A DNA stretch of 64,000 bases, from the NCBI GenBank assembly GCA_964016885.1, contig OZ024742.1, positions 99,944,001 through 100,008,000 of the forward strand, read 5' to 3'. How positions within the stretch are numbered: position 1 is the stretch's first letter; every line of letters begins with the position of its first letter. The position numbers and the translations under genes were made by a program. Source of the DNA: Eledone cirrhosa (taxonomy: Eukaryota). This document shows positions 29,762 to 45,360 of the stretch, in pieces. The notes under the pieces were generated by a model. That model was not told where the DNA came from. It saw only the letters and a program-made list of their open reading frames with translations, and did not search any database.

Positions 29762-31001
29762 TATATATGTATATATATCGTAAAACATGTCTATAGAATC
29801 ACCAGATAAAATATATACTATTTCCTCTCTCAATTAGCACAATTAACTATATAAAAAATCGAATAGACCAGGCTATAAGAATAAGGCTTCTATGAAGAAA
29901 TCTCCAACAAATAACCGAAACTAGCCCTTCGCGTCGGCCGCAACGGAATATTTATCGCTCCACATATGACGTATTATCTTCGTTTTTTCGTTCATTGCCA
30001 GAGAACGTCTCTATGCACCACCTAAGAGAACATTAGTCTATGACCTCTTTTATACCATAAACGTGGTTCTGTCTTTGCGCGTAATTGTTTTTCACCGCTC
30101 CTATTAATGACGTATTATTCGTTTTTTCCCGTTCTTTGCCAGCTAACGTTTCCACGAACCAAAGTATCGTCTTCCTGTCTTCCTCCGGTTGCAACGTTTT
30201 TTGAAATATCCAGTTCTGCGTTTTCAGATTGACTTTGTTAGTTTCAGAAGATCCCGTTAAGGGTGAAAGCAGCGATTCTTTGCTTAAACTTTAATCTGTT
30301 ATTTTAATAAATATTTGCTCTACGGTTCTTATATATTTGATATATATTTATCCTTATCGAGCCCTCTTTGGATTTTAGTCTTCAAATTTATTATTATTAC
30401 TATATATATATTATATATATATATATTATATATTTATATAGATATATATGTGTGTGTGTGTGTGTACATATATATGTATATATGTGTGTTAAAGTGTGTG
30501 GTGTGTATACGTGTGTAATTGATTAATAGTTACATCAGTTGATGTATAAAAAGAAAAGAATTGTATACAACAAAATTTCTCTAACTTCACCCCTTAAAAT
30601 CTGTGCGTCTTATAATGTACATATCTCCATGGATGTGTAAATCTGTCTCTCTGTACACCTGTGTATGTGTGTACGTGTGGGCACACAGACACACACATCG
30701 ATATTAGTGTAAAGAATTCAAAAAATAACACTTGGTTCTTAGTCATTCGATCTCGCCATCAATCATTGCTCTATCGTCAGCTCTAGTAACGTAGCAGTGG
30801 AGCCAACATTATGACACGAGCAACAATCAGATGGGCAATAAAACCAACACTTTACATTGAACATCTGATTCAGATTTGAATAATAGCTTTATCGTATGCA
30901 GTGTGAATGTAAGGAGGGAACATCGCAATCACACTTTTACATGTATACAATCCATTCTTTCTAAAAGTAGATTGGTTATATATATATATAATAAATATAA
31001 A

Positions 31002-31058
<57 letters not shown>

Positions 31059-31565
31059 GTATAAGTACATATATATATATGTGCGTGCGTGTGTGTGAGG
31101 GTGTGTGCGTGTGTATGCGTGTGTGTGTGTTTAGAGAGAGAGAGAAAGAAAAAAAAGGGAAAAAGGAGAGAGGAGAAAGAGGATGACTGAGCAACAGATG
31201 TTAAATTTGAATTGTAGATTTATGGTTGAAAATAACAAACGTTTACTGATAGAATGACTCCATAGCAAAGAAATGTTTATTGGTTGAGTGATACTCGTGT
31301 TTCACTGAGCCATCGGCTAATTCTCTGACTAAACACGAACGAGCTTTCCTTCTGTACAAAAAATATTTTATTCCTACTTCCTCTTTCTCTTAGAGTATCT
31401 TCTAATGAAAGAGTAGCTTCCGAAACTCTATGGCTCTGTTCTCCTATTTCAAGCGTCAAACTAACATATAGCATTGTACGGTATCGTTCGCCTGAGCTTA
31501 TTTTTCCCTGTGTACGTTTCGCATACGCGCGTGCGCGACACACACACACACACACACACACACAG

Positions 31566-31634
<69 letters not shown>

Positions 31635-31707
31635 AACACACACACACACACACACAGGCACACACACACGCACACGCACACGCACACACACACGCACACA
31701 CACACAA

Positions 31708-31768
<61 letters not shown>

Positions 31769-31914
31769 CATATTCAGGACTCCGATGACTGGGCTCAGAC
31801 CGTTTCGTCAGCTAGATCAGTAGCTGTCTTTTCATATTACCTACTCTACTACACCAAGTATCAAGTATTCTGGTGCGTCATGGTCCACCTTGTATCTTAC
31901 CACACACTTTTTGT

Positions 31915-34528
<2,614 letters not shown>

Positions 34529-35040
34529 ACATTATGAAGAGAGAAGAAACATTTAGATATAATTAGTAATAAAATGTATCATACCTAAACTGTTCCTAAA
34601 TTCCTCGACTACGTAGTTTCGTGGCATAAACAAAAACAATATATCAAAGATATAGAGTCCTTGCGAGGTCTGCCAACTTGAGACTAGTAAAATGAGGTAT
34701 CCTCTTGATAAGTTGGCAGACCTCGCAAGGACTCTATATCTTTGATATATTGTTTTTGTTTATGCCACGAAACTACGTAGTCGAGGAATTTAGGAACAGT
34801 TTAGGTATGATACATTTTATTACTAATTATATCTAAATGTTTCTTCTCTCTTCATAATGTATTTTTAACTCTGATACTGGTTCAGTCTGGTTCAAACTGA
34901 ATTGGTCTGTCCCGGTCATTCATTGAGCAACATCGGTGAAGTTGGCACCCTTAACTCACAGTCAGGTGCGGATGCATTAATGTATATATGTGTGTGTCCG
35001 CATGTATCTGTGTGTTTTTAAATATATATATATATATATG

Positions 35041-35089
<49 letters not shown>

Positions 35090-37805
35090 TTAGAAACACA
35101 CAGATACATGCGGACACACACATATATACATGAATGCATCCGCACCCAACTGTGAGTTAAGGGTGCCAACTTCACCGATGTTTCTCGACCGTTATATCGC
35201 GTGACTATCTCCCCCTCCGCCTTTTGAGATTCTTTCTCACGTCGTGTAGACGCGTTCTTGAGACTAGTAAAATGAGGTATCCTCTTGATAAGTTGGCAGA
35301 CCTCGCAGGGACTCTATATCTTTGATATATTGTTTTTGTTTATGCCACGAAACTACGTAGTCGAGGAATTTAGGAGCAGTTTAGGTATGATACATTTTAT
35401 TACTAATTATATCTAAATGTTTCTTCTCTCTTCATAATGTATTTTTAACTCTGATACTGGTTCAGTCTGGTTCAAACTGAATTGGTCTGTCCCAGTCATT
35501 CATTGAGCAACATCGGTGAAGTTGGCACCCTTAACTCACAGTTGGGTGCGGATGCATTCATGTATATATGTGTGTGTCCGCATGTATCTGTGTGTTTCTA
35601 AATATATTAATAACTCCCTCTGGTCGAGCAATCTTTGAAGTGTGGGGACAACTGGAAAGCTTCCATTACTCATACTTCTCGCCTTCTTCACTACCTCTTC
35701 TACGGCCTCGATATGAATACCCCCTCCGCCTCCGTGGTATTTTCTTCGTGGTTATAAGAGGCTTAGCTCTGTTTCTCGACCGTTATATCGCGTGACTATC
35801 TCCCCCTCCGCCTTTTGAGATTCTTTCTCACGTCGTGTAGACGCGTTCTTGAGACTAGTAAAATGAGGTATCCTCTTGATAAGTTGGCAGACCTCGCAGG
35901 GACTCTATATCTTTGATATATTGTTTTTGTTTATGCCACGAAACTACGTAGTCGAGGAATTTAGGAGCAGTTTAGGTATGATACATTTTATTACTAATTA
36001 TATCTAAATGTTTCTTCTCTCTTCATAATGTATTTTTAACTCTGATACTGGTTCAGTCTGGTTCAAACTGAATTGGTCTGTCCCAGTCATTCATTGAGCA
36101 ACATCGGTGAAGTTGGCACCCTTAACTCACAGTTGGGTGCGGATGCATTCATGTATATATGTGTGTGTCCGCATGTATCTGTGTGTTTCTAAATATATTA
36201 ATAACTCCCTCTGGTCGAGCAATCTTTGTAGTGTGGGGACAACTGGAAAGCTTCCATTACTCATACTTCTCGCCTTCTTCACTACCTCTTCTACGACCTC
36301 GATATGAATACCCCCTCCGCCTCCGTGGTATTTTCTTCGTGGTTATAAGAGGCTTAGCTCTGTTTCTCGACCGTTATATCGCGTGACTATCTCCCCCTCC
36401 GCCTTTTGAGATTCTTTCTCACGTCGTGTAGACGCGTTCTTGAGACTAGTAAAATGAGGTATCCTCTTGATAAGTTGGCAGACCTCGCAGGGACTCTATA
36501 TCTTTGATATATTGTTTTTGTTTATGCCACGAAACTACGTAGTCGAGGAATTTAGGAGCAGTTTAGGTATGATACATTTTATTACTAATTATATCTAAAT
36601 GTTTCTTCTCTCTTCATAATGTATTTTTAACTCTGATACTGGTTCAGTCTGGTTCAAACTGAATTGGTCTGTCCCAGTCATTCATTGAGCAACATCGGTG
36701 AAGTTGGCACCCTTAACTCACAGTTGGGTGCGGATGCATTCATGTATATATGTGTGTGTCCGCATGTATCTGTGTGTTTCTAAATATATTAATAACTCCC
36801 TCTGGTCGAGCAATCTTTGAAGTGTGGGGACAACTGGAAAGCTTCCATTACTCATACTTCTCGCCTTCTTCACTACCTCTTCTACGGCCTCGATATGAAT
36901 ACCCCCTCCGCCTCCGTGGTATTTTCTTCGTGGTTATAAGAGGCTTAGCTCTGTTTCTCGACCGTTATATCGCGTGACTATCTCCCCCTCCGCCTTTTGA
37001 GATTCTTTCTCACGTCGTGTAGACGCGTTCTTGAGACTAGTAAAATGAGGTATCCTCTTGATAAGTTGGCAGACCTCGCAGGCACTCTATATCTTTGATA
37101 TATTGTTTTTGTTTATGCCACGAAACTACGTAGTCGAGGAATTTAGGAGCAGTTTAGGTATGATACATTTTATTACTAATTATATCTAAATGTTTCTTCT
37201 CTCTTCATAATGTATTTTTAACTCTGATACTGGTTCAGTCTGGTTCAAACTGAATTGGTCTGTCCCAGTCATTCATTGAGCAACATCGGTGAAGTTGGCA
37301 CCCTTAACTCACAGTTGGGTGCGGATGCATTCATGTATATATGTGTGTGTCCGCATGTATCTGTGTGTTTCTAAATATATTAATAACTCCCTCTGGTCGA
37401 GCAATCTTTGTAGTGTGGGGACAACTGGAAAGCTTCCATTACTCATACTTCTCGCCTTCTTCACTACCTCTTCTACGGCCTCGATATGAATACCCCCTTC
37501 CGCCTCCGTGGTATTTTCTTCGTGGTTATAAGAGGCTTAGCTCTGTTTCTCGACCGTTATATCGCGTGACTATCTCCCCCTCCACCTTTTGAGATTCTTT
37601 CTCACGTCGTGTAGACGCGTTCTTGAGACTAGTAAAATGAGGTATCCTCTTGATAAGTTGGCAGACCTCGCAGGGACTCTATATCTTTGATATATTGTTT
37701 TTGTTTATGCCACGAAACTACGTAGTCGAGGAATTTAGGAGCAGTTTAGGTATGATACATTTTATTACTAATTATATCTAAATGTTTCTTCTCTCTTCAT
37801 AATGT
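34529..37805 (+). mobile_element. Family G: 591-bp tandem hammerhead repeat (retrozyme-like) with inverted 5' segments
   Basis: Ribozyme starts at 35281, 35872, 36463, 37054 and 37646, plus a partial unit at 34701. Inverted pieces at 34529-34678 and ~35087-35180. Embedded in a TA array. Confidence 0.9.
35280..35367 (+). ncRNA. Type I hammerhead ribozyme with U3-A8 core variant (one per monomer)
   Basis: tcctc TTGATAA gttggca..tgccac GAAAC tacgta GTC gagga. Confidence 0.75.
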
Positions 37806-38858
<1,053 letters not shown>

Positions 38859-38969
38859 TTCTGTGTTGTATACCACCAATGTTTAGCTCGCTACCACAGA
38901 GTCAAATATTTTCAGTTCATTAATGAAGAGAAAACTTCTAGGCACTGAAGACTCCATTATATTAGATTC

Positions 38970-39953
38970 AGTGTGCCTAGGCGCTCACGGCTCTCTGGCA
39001 GGCGGACCCGGGTGTCAGCGGAGAATCCACCTCGTCATTCTATAGAGGGCTGGTGGTTAGCAGGTGCGACGACGCCCTCGGAGAAGCCCTAGGCATGGAG
39101 GAAGACGAACTGGCCAACCTGTTCAGTAGGACATTCAGCCCGGGACCCATGGATAACTTCCAGAGGTCCCTGGCCTGGCAGTGTTACCGAGGGGCTCTGC
39201 CCGTTCGAGAAAGGTTCTACAGACACGGGCGTCCGGGTAGGGACCCCTCGAAAAAGATCTGTCTCAGATGCGTGTGCGACGAGGAAACCGTTGCACACGC
39301 ATTGGTACACTGCTCGGGCATTGCCGATCTGTGGGGCTATGTCGAACAACTGCTGTCAAGGGTGGGACCGATCCGGTTGACCACCGTGTCTATTGTAACG
39401 ATCAAGCCGCCTCCCCTCTTCAAAAACGAAGGAGAGGCGGTGTTTCTGTGCGTAATAGCCATGGCGAAAGAGGTTGCATGGTGGACGCGTCTGAAAGGAC
39501 TGAGGTCAGATACCATTCTCTCGGGCCAACAACTGGTCCGTTTCTTCCGATATCATTTCGGAAGAAGGATCAGGATGGAGAGAGAGGTACTGCACCCCAG
39601 CCGTTTTTATGAAAGATGGGTGAAAGTGGCGAGAATGGCCCGTGTGAATGGGCCTTCACTCTACATCAGACTATAGGTGAGGAAGATGAAGGACCAAGGG
39701 AGCACCCCCTCTCTGTGCTCCTGAGGAGAAGGGTTGCACACTTTTTTTCGGGGCTGTGTGCGGCCCCCAAGGCGCCTCCTCCCTATTGAGGATTTTGTTA
39801 TAAAATTTATTTTGTTATATTTTATTTTATTTTAATACTTTTATATCTTGTTATTGCCTCCTCCATATTGAGGACGCCTTTGCATGTAAACTCCCCCCCC
39901 CCCTCTTTGTACTTGTCCCATTTTTGATGCCCTGGTGGCAAATAAAAAGAAAG
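38970..39953 (+). mobile_element. 5'-truncated L1/Tx1-type LINE with 13-bp target-site duplication
   Basis: ORF 39053-39676 with C-terminal zinc finger (CLRC..EETVAHALVHC); aataaa and A-rich tail; TSD ttatattagattc at 38957-38969 and 39954-39966. Confidence 0.9.
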
Positions 39954-40625
39954 TTATATTAGATTCGGGTTTTTTGCTGTCATTGCCACATTCACAATGA
40001 ATCAACTGATATAATCAAGGAATGATCCATAATCCATTTATCTCTAGAAACTCCACTCCCAAATCTCATAGGCAACAAACACTGGCAAGTCTCTCAATGT
40101 GCTATATCCTAACCACGGTCATCCAATATGTATAGCTAAGCAGTACTAGTTCAAGCTAATACGATGTCTTGTCAGACTTCTACTCATGGTCCTTTATCTG
40201 ACCTGCCACACTCTCAACTAAACCTGTTATCAAACTAGGAATAAAACCGCAGAAAGTAGTCACACTTTACGCGAGGAAAAAGCCGCAGGGAAATAAATAA
40301 AAAGAATTAAAGTACCTTCGTTTTTCTTATTTTGCTTTTATCTTTATAAATAAGTTTCAACGGTCTTAATAATTTTTTTCTATTTTTTTTTTTAGCTCAA
40401 ATGTAATTCTTTTCTGTAGGATGTACTCCCATGAGTATTTTATTGTTCTCCTCGATTCACATGACATCTTATTAGTAACATTCATTGATTCTCCCTCTCC
40501 CTCCATCTTTCTCTCTCTCTCTCTCTCAGTCTATATATCTATATATCTATATATCTATATATATATTGTTATACTTAGGGAGGGTCATATTTGTGTAATA
40601 TTGCCAGAATTAATAACAGATATAT

Positions 40626-40852
40626 AGATAACATATATATATATAACAAAGGAATTGTGGTAAGGAAACAAATGGACCATAACGCACCAGAGTACTCAAT
40701 ACTTAGGGTAATAGAGGAAGAAATAGGAAAAAGTATAACCCCGACGGCAGAGCTCAAGCCGTTTCGACGGCTATTTCTGGACTAAAATTCTAATTTAGTC
40801 CAGAAATAGCCGTCGAAACGGCTTGAGCTCTGCCGTCGGGGTCATACTTTTT

Positions 40853-40857
<5 letters not shown>
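40626..40857. mobile_element. Family H fold-back (truncated, hammerhead 3' half only)
   Basis: Arms ~40723-40786 and ~40793-40857; a related diverged and rearranged copy lies at 31770-31915; TA-flanked. Confidence 0.65.
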
Positions 40858-40891
<34 letters not shown>

Positions 40892-41139
40892 GTCTCCCGC
40901 TTTCTCAATCACTATATCTCTTTCACTTTCACTCCCTCTTTTTCTATCTAACTATCTATCTATTTATTTATCTGTCTATCTATACCTGGGATGGACACAC
41001 GCGTAAAACTCTTGCTGGGTAAGTTGTACCTAAATTTCCATAGAAATTCCAAACTGTAAACTTTCATTTTTGTATCATTTTATAGAGGGACTGCCAGGTC
41101 AAATTTTGATCTGGTCAGTCTCTCAAATTATTCTACGCC

Positions 41140-44100
41140 TTTAGGCGAAATTGTGTTGAGAAAAAAATGTTTTATCTTTCGAAAAAATTCCTCCTTTGAT
41201 AAAAATGGCTGAAGCATCTTCACCAACATTCAATGAAAGAAAAGGGAAGCTAAACTCACAGCTTCCCCCTGCCACTGTCACAGCAACAGATGACCGACCT
41301 GCTGACCGACAACTTGATGCAGCCACAACTACACAAGAAACCGAAAATAACAACAACAACGACAACAACAGCAACAATAAAGACAACAAAAACAACAACA
41401 CCAACAACAATGATAACAACAACACCACAAACTACAACAGCAACGCAAACAAGGAAAAGGTCTCCTTCGCCCAGACGGCAAGGAAAACCCTCGACTATCT
41501 GCCAGTAGATATAACCAAAGCGAAGGAGTTACTGGCAGATGCCAAAAAATACATAGTGTACGGGGAAAATGGATAATTTTCGATCGCGTCATACTGGATG
41601 ACCAAACTTGTATCAACATTACCGTTGAGGGTAGGCGGCCCTCGTGTTACCTCTGTGGAGCCAGAGGTCACCTGACGGCTGTCTGTCCTCAACTTAAAAA
41701 GAAAACCCCAATCCTGCCTACACCACCAACAACTGCACAACCAGTACAATCACCACAACCACCACTACAAAAACAACAACCACAGCTCAAACCAAAACAA
41801 AACACTGCCCCCCCCCCCCCCACCCCACCCCACCCACACACACACTAAAAAAAACAAGACAATTTCCGAAACACCCGCACCGCAAACACAACCCGAAAAT
41901 CTACCCCTCCCCTCCAACGCGGAAGATGACCCTCGTTCGTCGTCAGACGAGGAGGAGCACTTCCACACAATCAAAAGAAAAAAAAAGAAAACACACCTCA
42001 GACACACAAATGAAAACAACCCCTCCCCAAAACATAACACAGACACCAACACAAAAGAGCACACAACAACAGCAAACAAAAAACACCACACAAAAACAAA
42101 AACATGCATACGCATACATAAACACAAGAAATAAAAAACTGCTAAACATTATATACAACAACAATTTAGTAAAAACCCAAGGGCCTAACTTCACCCAGGA
42201 AGGGGATTTCCCCCACCTCAAAATGATTAAGGACCCAGAGGCCACATATAAAACACTAAAAAACAACCTTAAATTGGACGTGCTCGCCCCCCCCCCCCCC
42301 CCTGCGTCGGGCCCATTAACCGCGTCCTCCTAAAAAAATTCCCCACCCCCTCCCCAAACACCCGCACAACTCCAAACACCCTAACCACACAACACACTGA
42401 TGCCCCTACACTTCCACAAACCACCACCCCACCCTCATGGAAATTGTGCAGCCCGATACCCGGGACGCACAGAGGTAAGTGCCTTTTCTCTTCACCACCA
42501 ACATGGCTATGCTAAGAGTAGGCTGTCTAAATGCGCGTCGCCTGGGCTCAACTTGGAAGCAAGCAATGCTTCTAAATGACCCCAGGTAACAACATATAGA
42601 TGTGATGGTTATTTGCGAGGCCCGGATCAGCAACGTGCGATAGCTGGCCCCCACCTTTGATGACTTTGAGATGCACGCATCTTTCTGTCAGCCCGGTGGT
42701 GGGGGTGGGGTTGTCGTTCTGCTGCAAAAACATCTGGGTCTGGCAACACAGACGGTACATTTGGACCCGGAGGGTCGACTAGAGGGTCGACCTTGGTAGT
42801 GGTGAAGGCGGAGCGTTTAGGCTGGTAGCCGTCTACGGCCGTTTCGGGTCAACGCAGCCGGAATTCTTCCATCGTCTGGAGACTTTTCTAGGGACGTCCC
42901 GCTCCTTGCTATTAGTGGGGGACTGGAATGGTATCCTAGATGCACGTTGGGACTACGTAGGGGCCTGTCCCGATAGAGAGGGGTGTAACAGCCTCAAAGG
43001 GTTAATCGGTCAATTTGACCTGGCCGATAGATATCGACTAGATTTTCCGACTGTGCCAACCTGGACTCGGGCAAACCGCAGCGGATCATCTAGGTCGTAC
43101 CTAGATAGGTTCTTAGTTAGAAATAAGGATAAGGACTTTTAAGTTGTCCAAAAATGCTCATGGCTGGCTATTCGGACCACAAGTTAGTGATCTGCCTGGT
43201 AAACCTTGACAGAACGCATAGACAGGGACCCGGTTACTGGAAGCTCAACTTGTCCTTACCGGCAAGTAAGGCTTACAGGGACCGGATTAGCACTTTAGTT
43301 AAGGAGCGGTTGACGGGCGCCATCGTCAACAGCAGGTAGTGGGGATCTCTCAAAAGAAAGATTAGAGTAGTCTCTATAGAATTTAGTAAGGAGTTAGACT
43401 CAAATAGAAATAGGAAGGAAAGGAAGTTGGTCGATAGTGTAGAAGAGGCAATTAGAAGCGGCGACGTGGCCAGACTGCTAGCGTCGAGAACGGCCCTGGG
43501 CCAGTTCTTCGACGCGAAACACGAAGGCTGCATCGTCCGAAGCAAAATACGTGTTCTGGGAAACGAGAGGACCAAAGCTGTTAGCTGGGCCCGCGTGACA
43601 GTAGCCAAAAGAAGGAGTAGATCCACTATCCGGTCTTTGCGAGACCAGGATGGACGGGTGATCCTTGAGCCTAAGCAGATGTGCGAGGCTTTTCAAAAGC
43701 ACTTTGCCAGATTGTTCGGAAGGGGCGGCGAACCGGTTCGGGAAGTGCACTTCGGTCCATACCTCGACGGCCTGCCGCGTATCTCGGACAGGGAGGAGAA
43801 GTCTTGCGAGGAGCCGATTTCAACCGCTGAGATAGAGGACGTGCTGAGCCAATGCGGCAAACGCAAATCCCCGGGTCTCGATGGTCTTCCATACGAACTA
43901 TATCTAGCTATGCCGGACTTGTTCCCCTATCTCCTCGAGGCGGTCTACTCCAACTGGCAACAGAACGGGAGAATACCCTGTGCTGTGACCAAGGGCGTAG
44001 TCACGCTAGTGAGGACGGACGAGAACAAGGGGGACGATATAAATAATTTCAGGCCCATAACTCTGCTAAATACAGAGTTACAGATTTGGGCCAAGGTGCT

Positions 44101-45360
44101 GGCAAAGAGGTTGGCGTTTGTCGTGGGAAACCTGGTGGGAGATGCGCAGACATGTGCTATCCCGCCCAGGTCCATCCACGACAACCTCCACCTCATGCGA
44201 TACATCATAGAGTGGGTTGGGAACGAACCCGGCTTTGGTGGGGCTCTGATCAACTTGGATCAATCTAAGGCGTTCGATAGGGTCGATCATGGTTACCTGG
44301 ATGCGGTGCTAGCGGCGGCAGGCTTCGGACCCGTTTTCAGGGGCTGGATCAATGCCATGCACAGCAGCCACATCTGCTCTAGGGTCAAGGTGAACGGTTA
44401 CTTCTCGGAGCCATTCGAAATCGCGCGGTCCATCCGACAGGGGTGCCGTCTCTCATCCCTTCTGTATGTAATGAGTCTAGAGCCACTGCTGCGGAAGTTG
44501 GAGTTGTTGCAGGGCATCCCGTTGGAACCGGGATTGCGGAAAGCGGTGTCGGCCTACGCCGATGACGTAACAGTAATGGTGTCGAGACGGCCTCGGAAAT
44601 CGGGGCGATCGGCATCTTACTGGGGGAGTACGAAAGGATTACAGGGGCTAATCTGAACCGGGACAAGTCGATCGGTCTGCAACTCGGCACGTGGAGGGGA
44701 AAATCGTTGCCCTCCGATGACGTCGTCGGGCGCTGGACGGAGGGCCCGGTGAAGTTGCTCGGAGTCTGGTTCGGACCAGACCTCCAGGTGGAGAAGAACT
44801 GGGGTGAGGTAACGAACAGGGTGTGTGCACTGACCCAGAAGTGGGCCGAGTGCAAACTGTCCCTGAGAGGTCGGGTGGAGGTGGTGAACACTTATATAGC
44901 GTCCGTCATCTAATACCGCCTGACCGTCGTGCCTTGCCCAAGGGAAACGCTCGCTAAAATGGAGCGCGCACTCTTCCAATTCCTTTGGAATAGCGGGCTC
45001 CTATGGTGAGGAGATCCATCTGCTGTCAACACCCTTCGAAAGGAGGGCTGGGGATGCCGTGGCTGATGATGCGTAAACACGCATTAAGGCTACGGCACCT
45101 CCAGGTATTCCTCACCTGTCAACCGTTGTGGGCCACGTTTGTGAGGCGAGCATTTCCCAGACTCGTCTCGCTCACCGAGCTGCAATCCTGGGTCAAGCAA
45201 AGACCGAGAAAACTGGGCGCCTGGCACACCGAGTGTTTTCAGGCGCTCACGGTTCTCTGGCAGGCGGACCCGGCTGTCAGTGGAGAATCCACCTCGTCAT
45301 TCTATAGAGGGCTGGTGGTTAGCAGGTGCGACGACGCCATCGGAGAACCCTAGGCATGGA
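41140..45360 (+). mobile_element. L1/Tx1-type LINE copy 1 (ORF1 + APE + RT, 3' end missing, disrupted)
   Basis: Low-complexity ORF1 from ~41205. APE motifs GCLNAR, GDWN, YLDRF, SDH. RT motifs FRPITLLN, DQSKAFDRVDH, RQGC, YADD. Confidence 0.9.

Noticed and set aside
35568-37592. Repeated 66-83 aa ORFs in the 591-bp monomers
   Set aside because: No recognisable motifs, overlap simple TG repeats, and one copy is frameshifted.
35181-37805. CRISPR-like or rDNA-like interpretation of the tandem array
   Set aside because: No unique spacers and no rRNA, snRNA or tRNA motifs in the unit.
38941-39990. ggca CTGAAGA motif interrupted by the LINE
   Set aside because: No GAAA half after removing the insertion.
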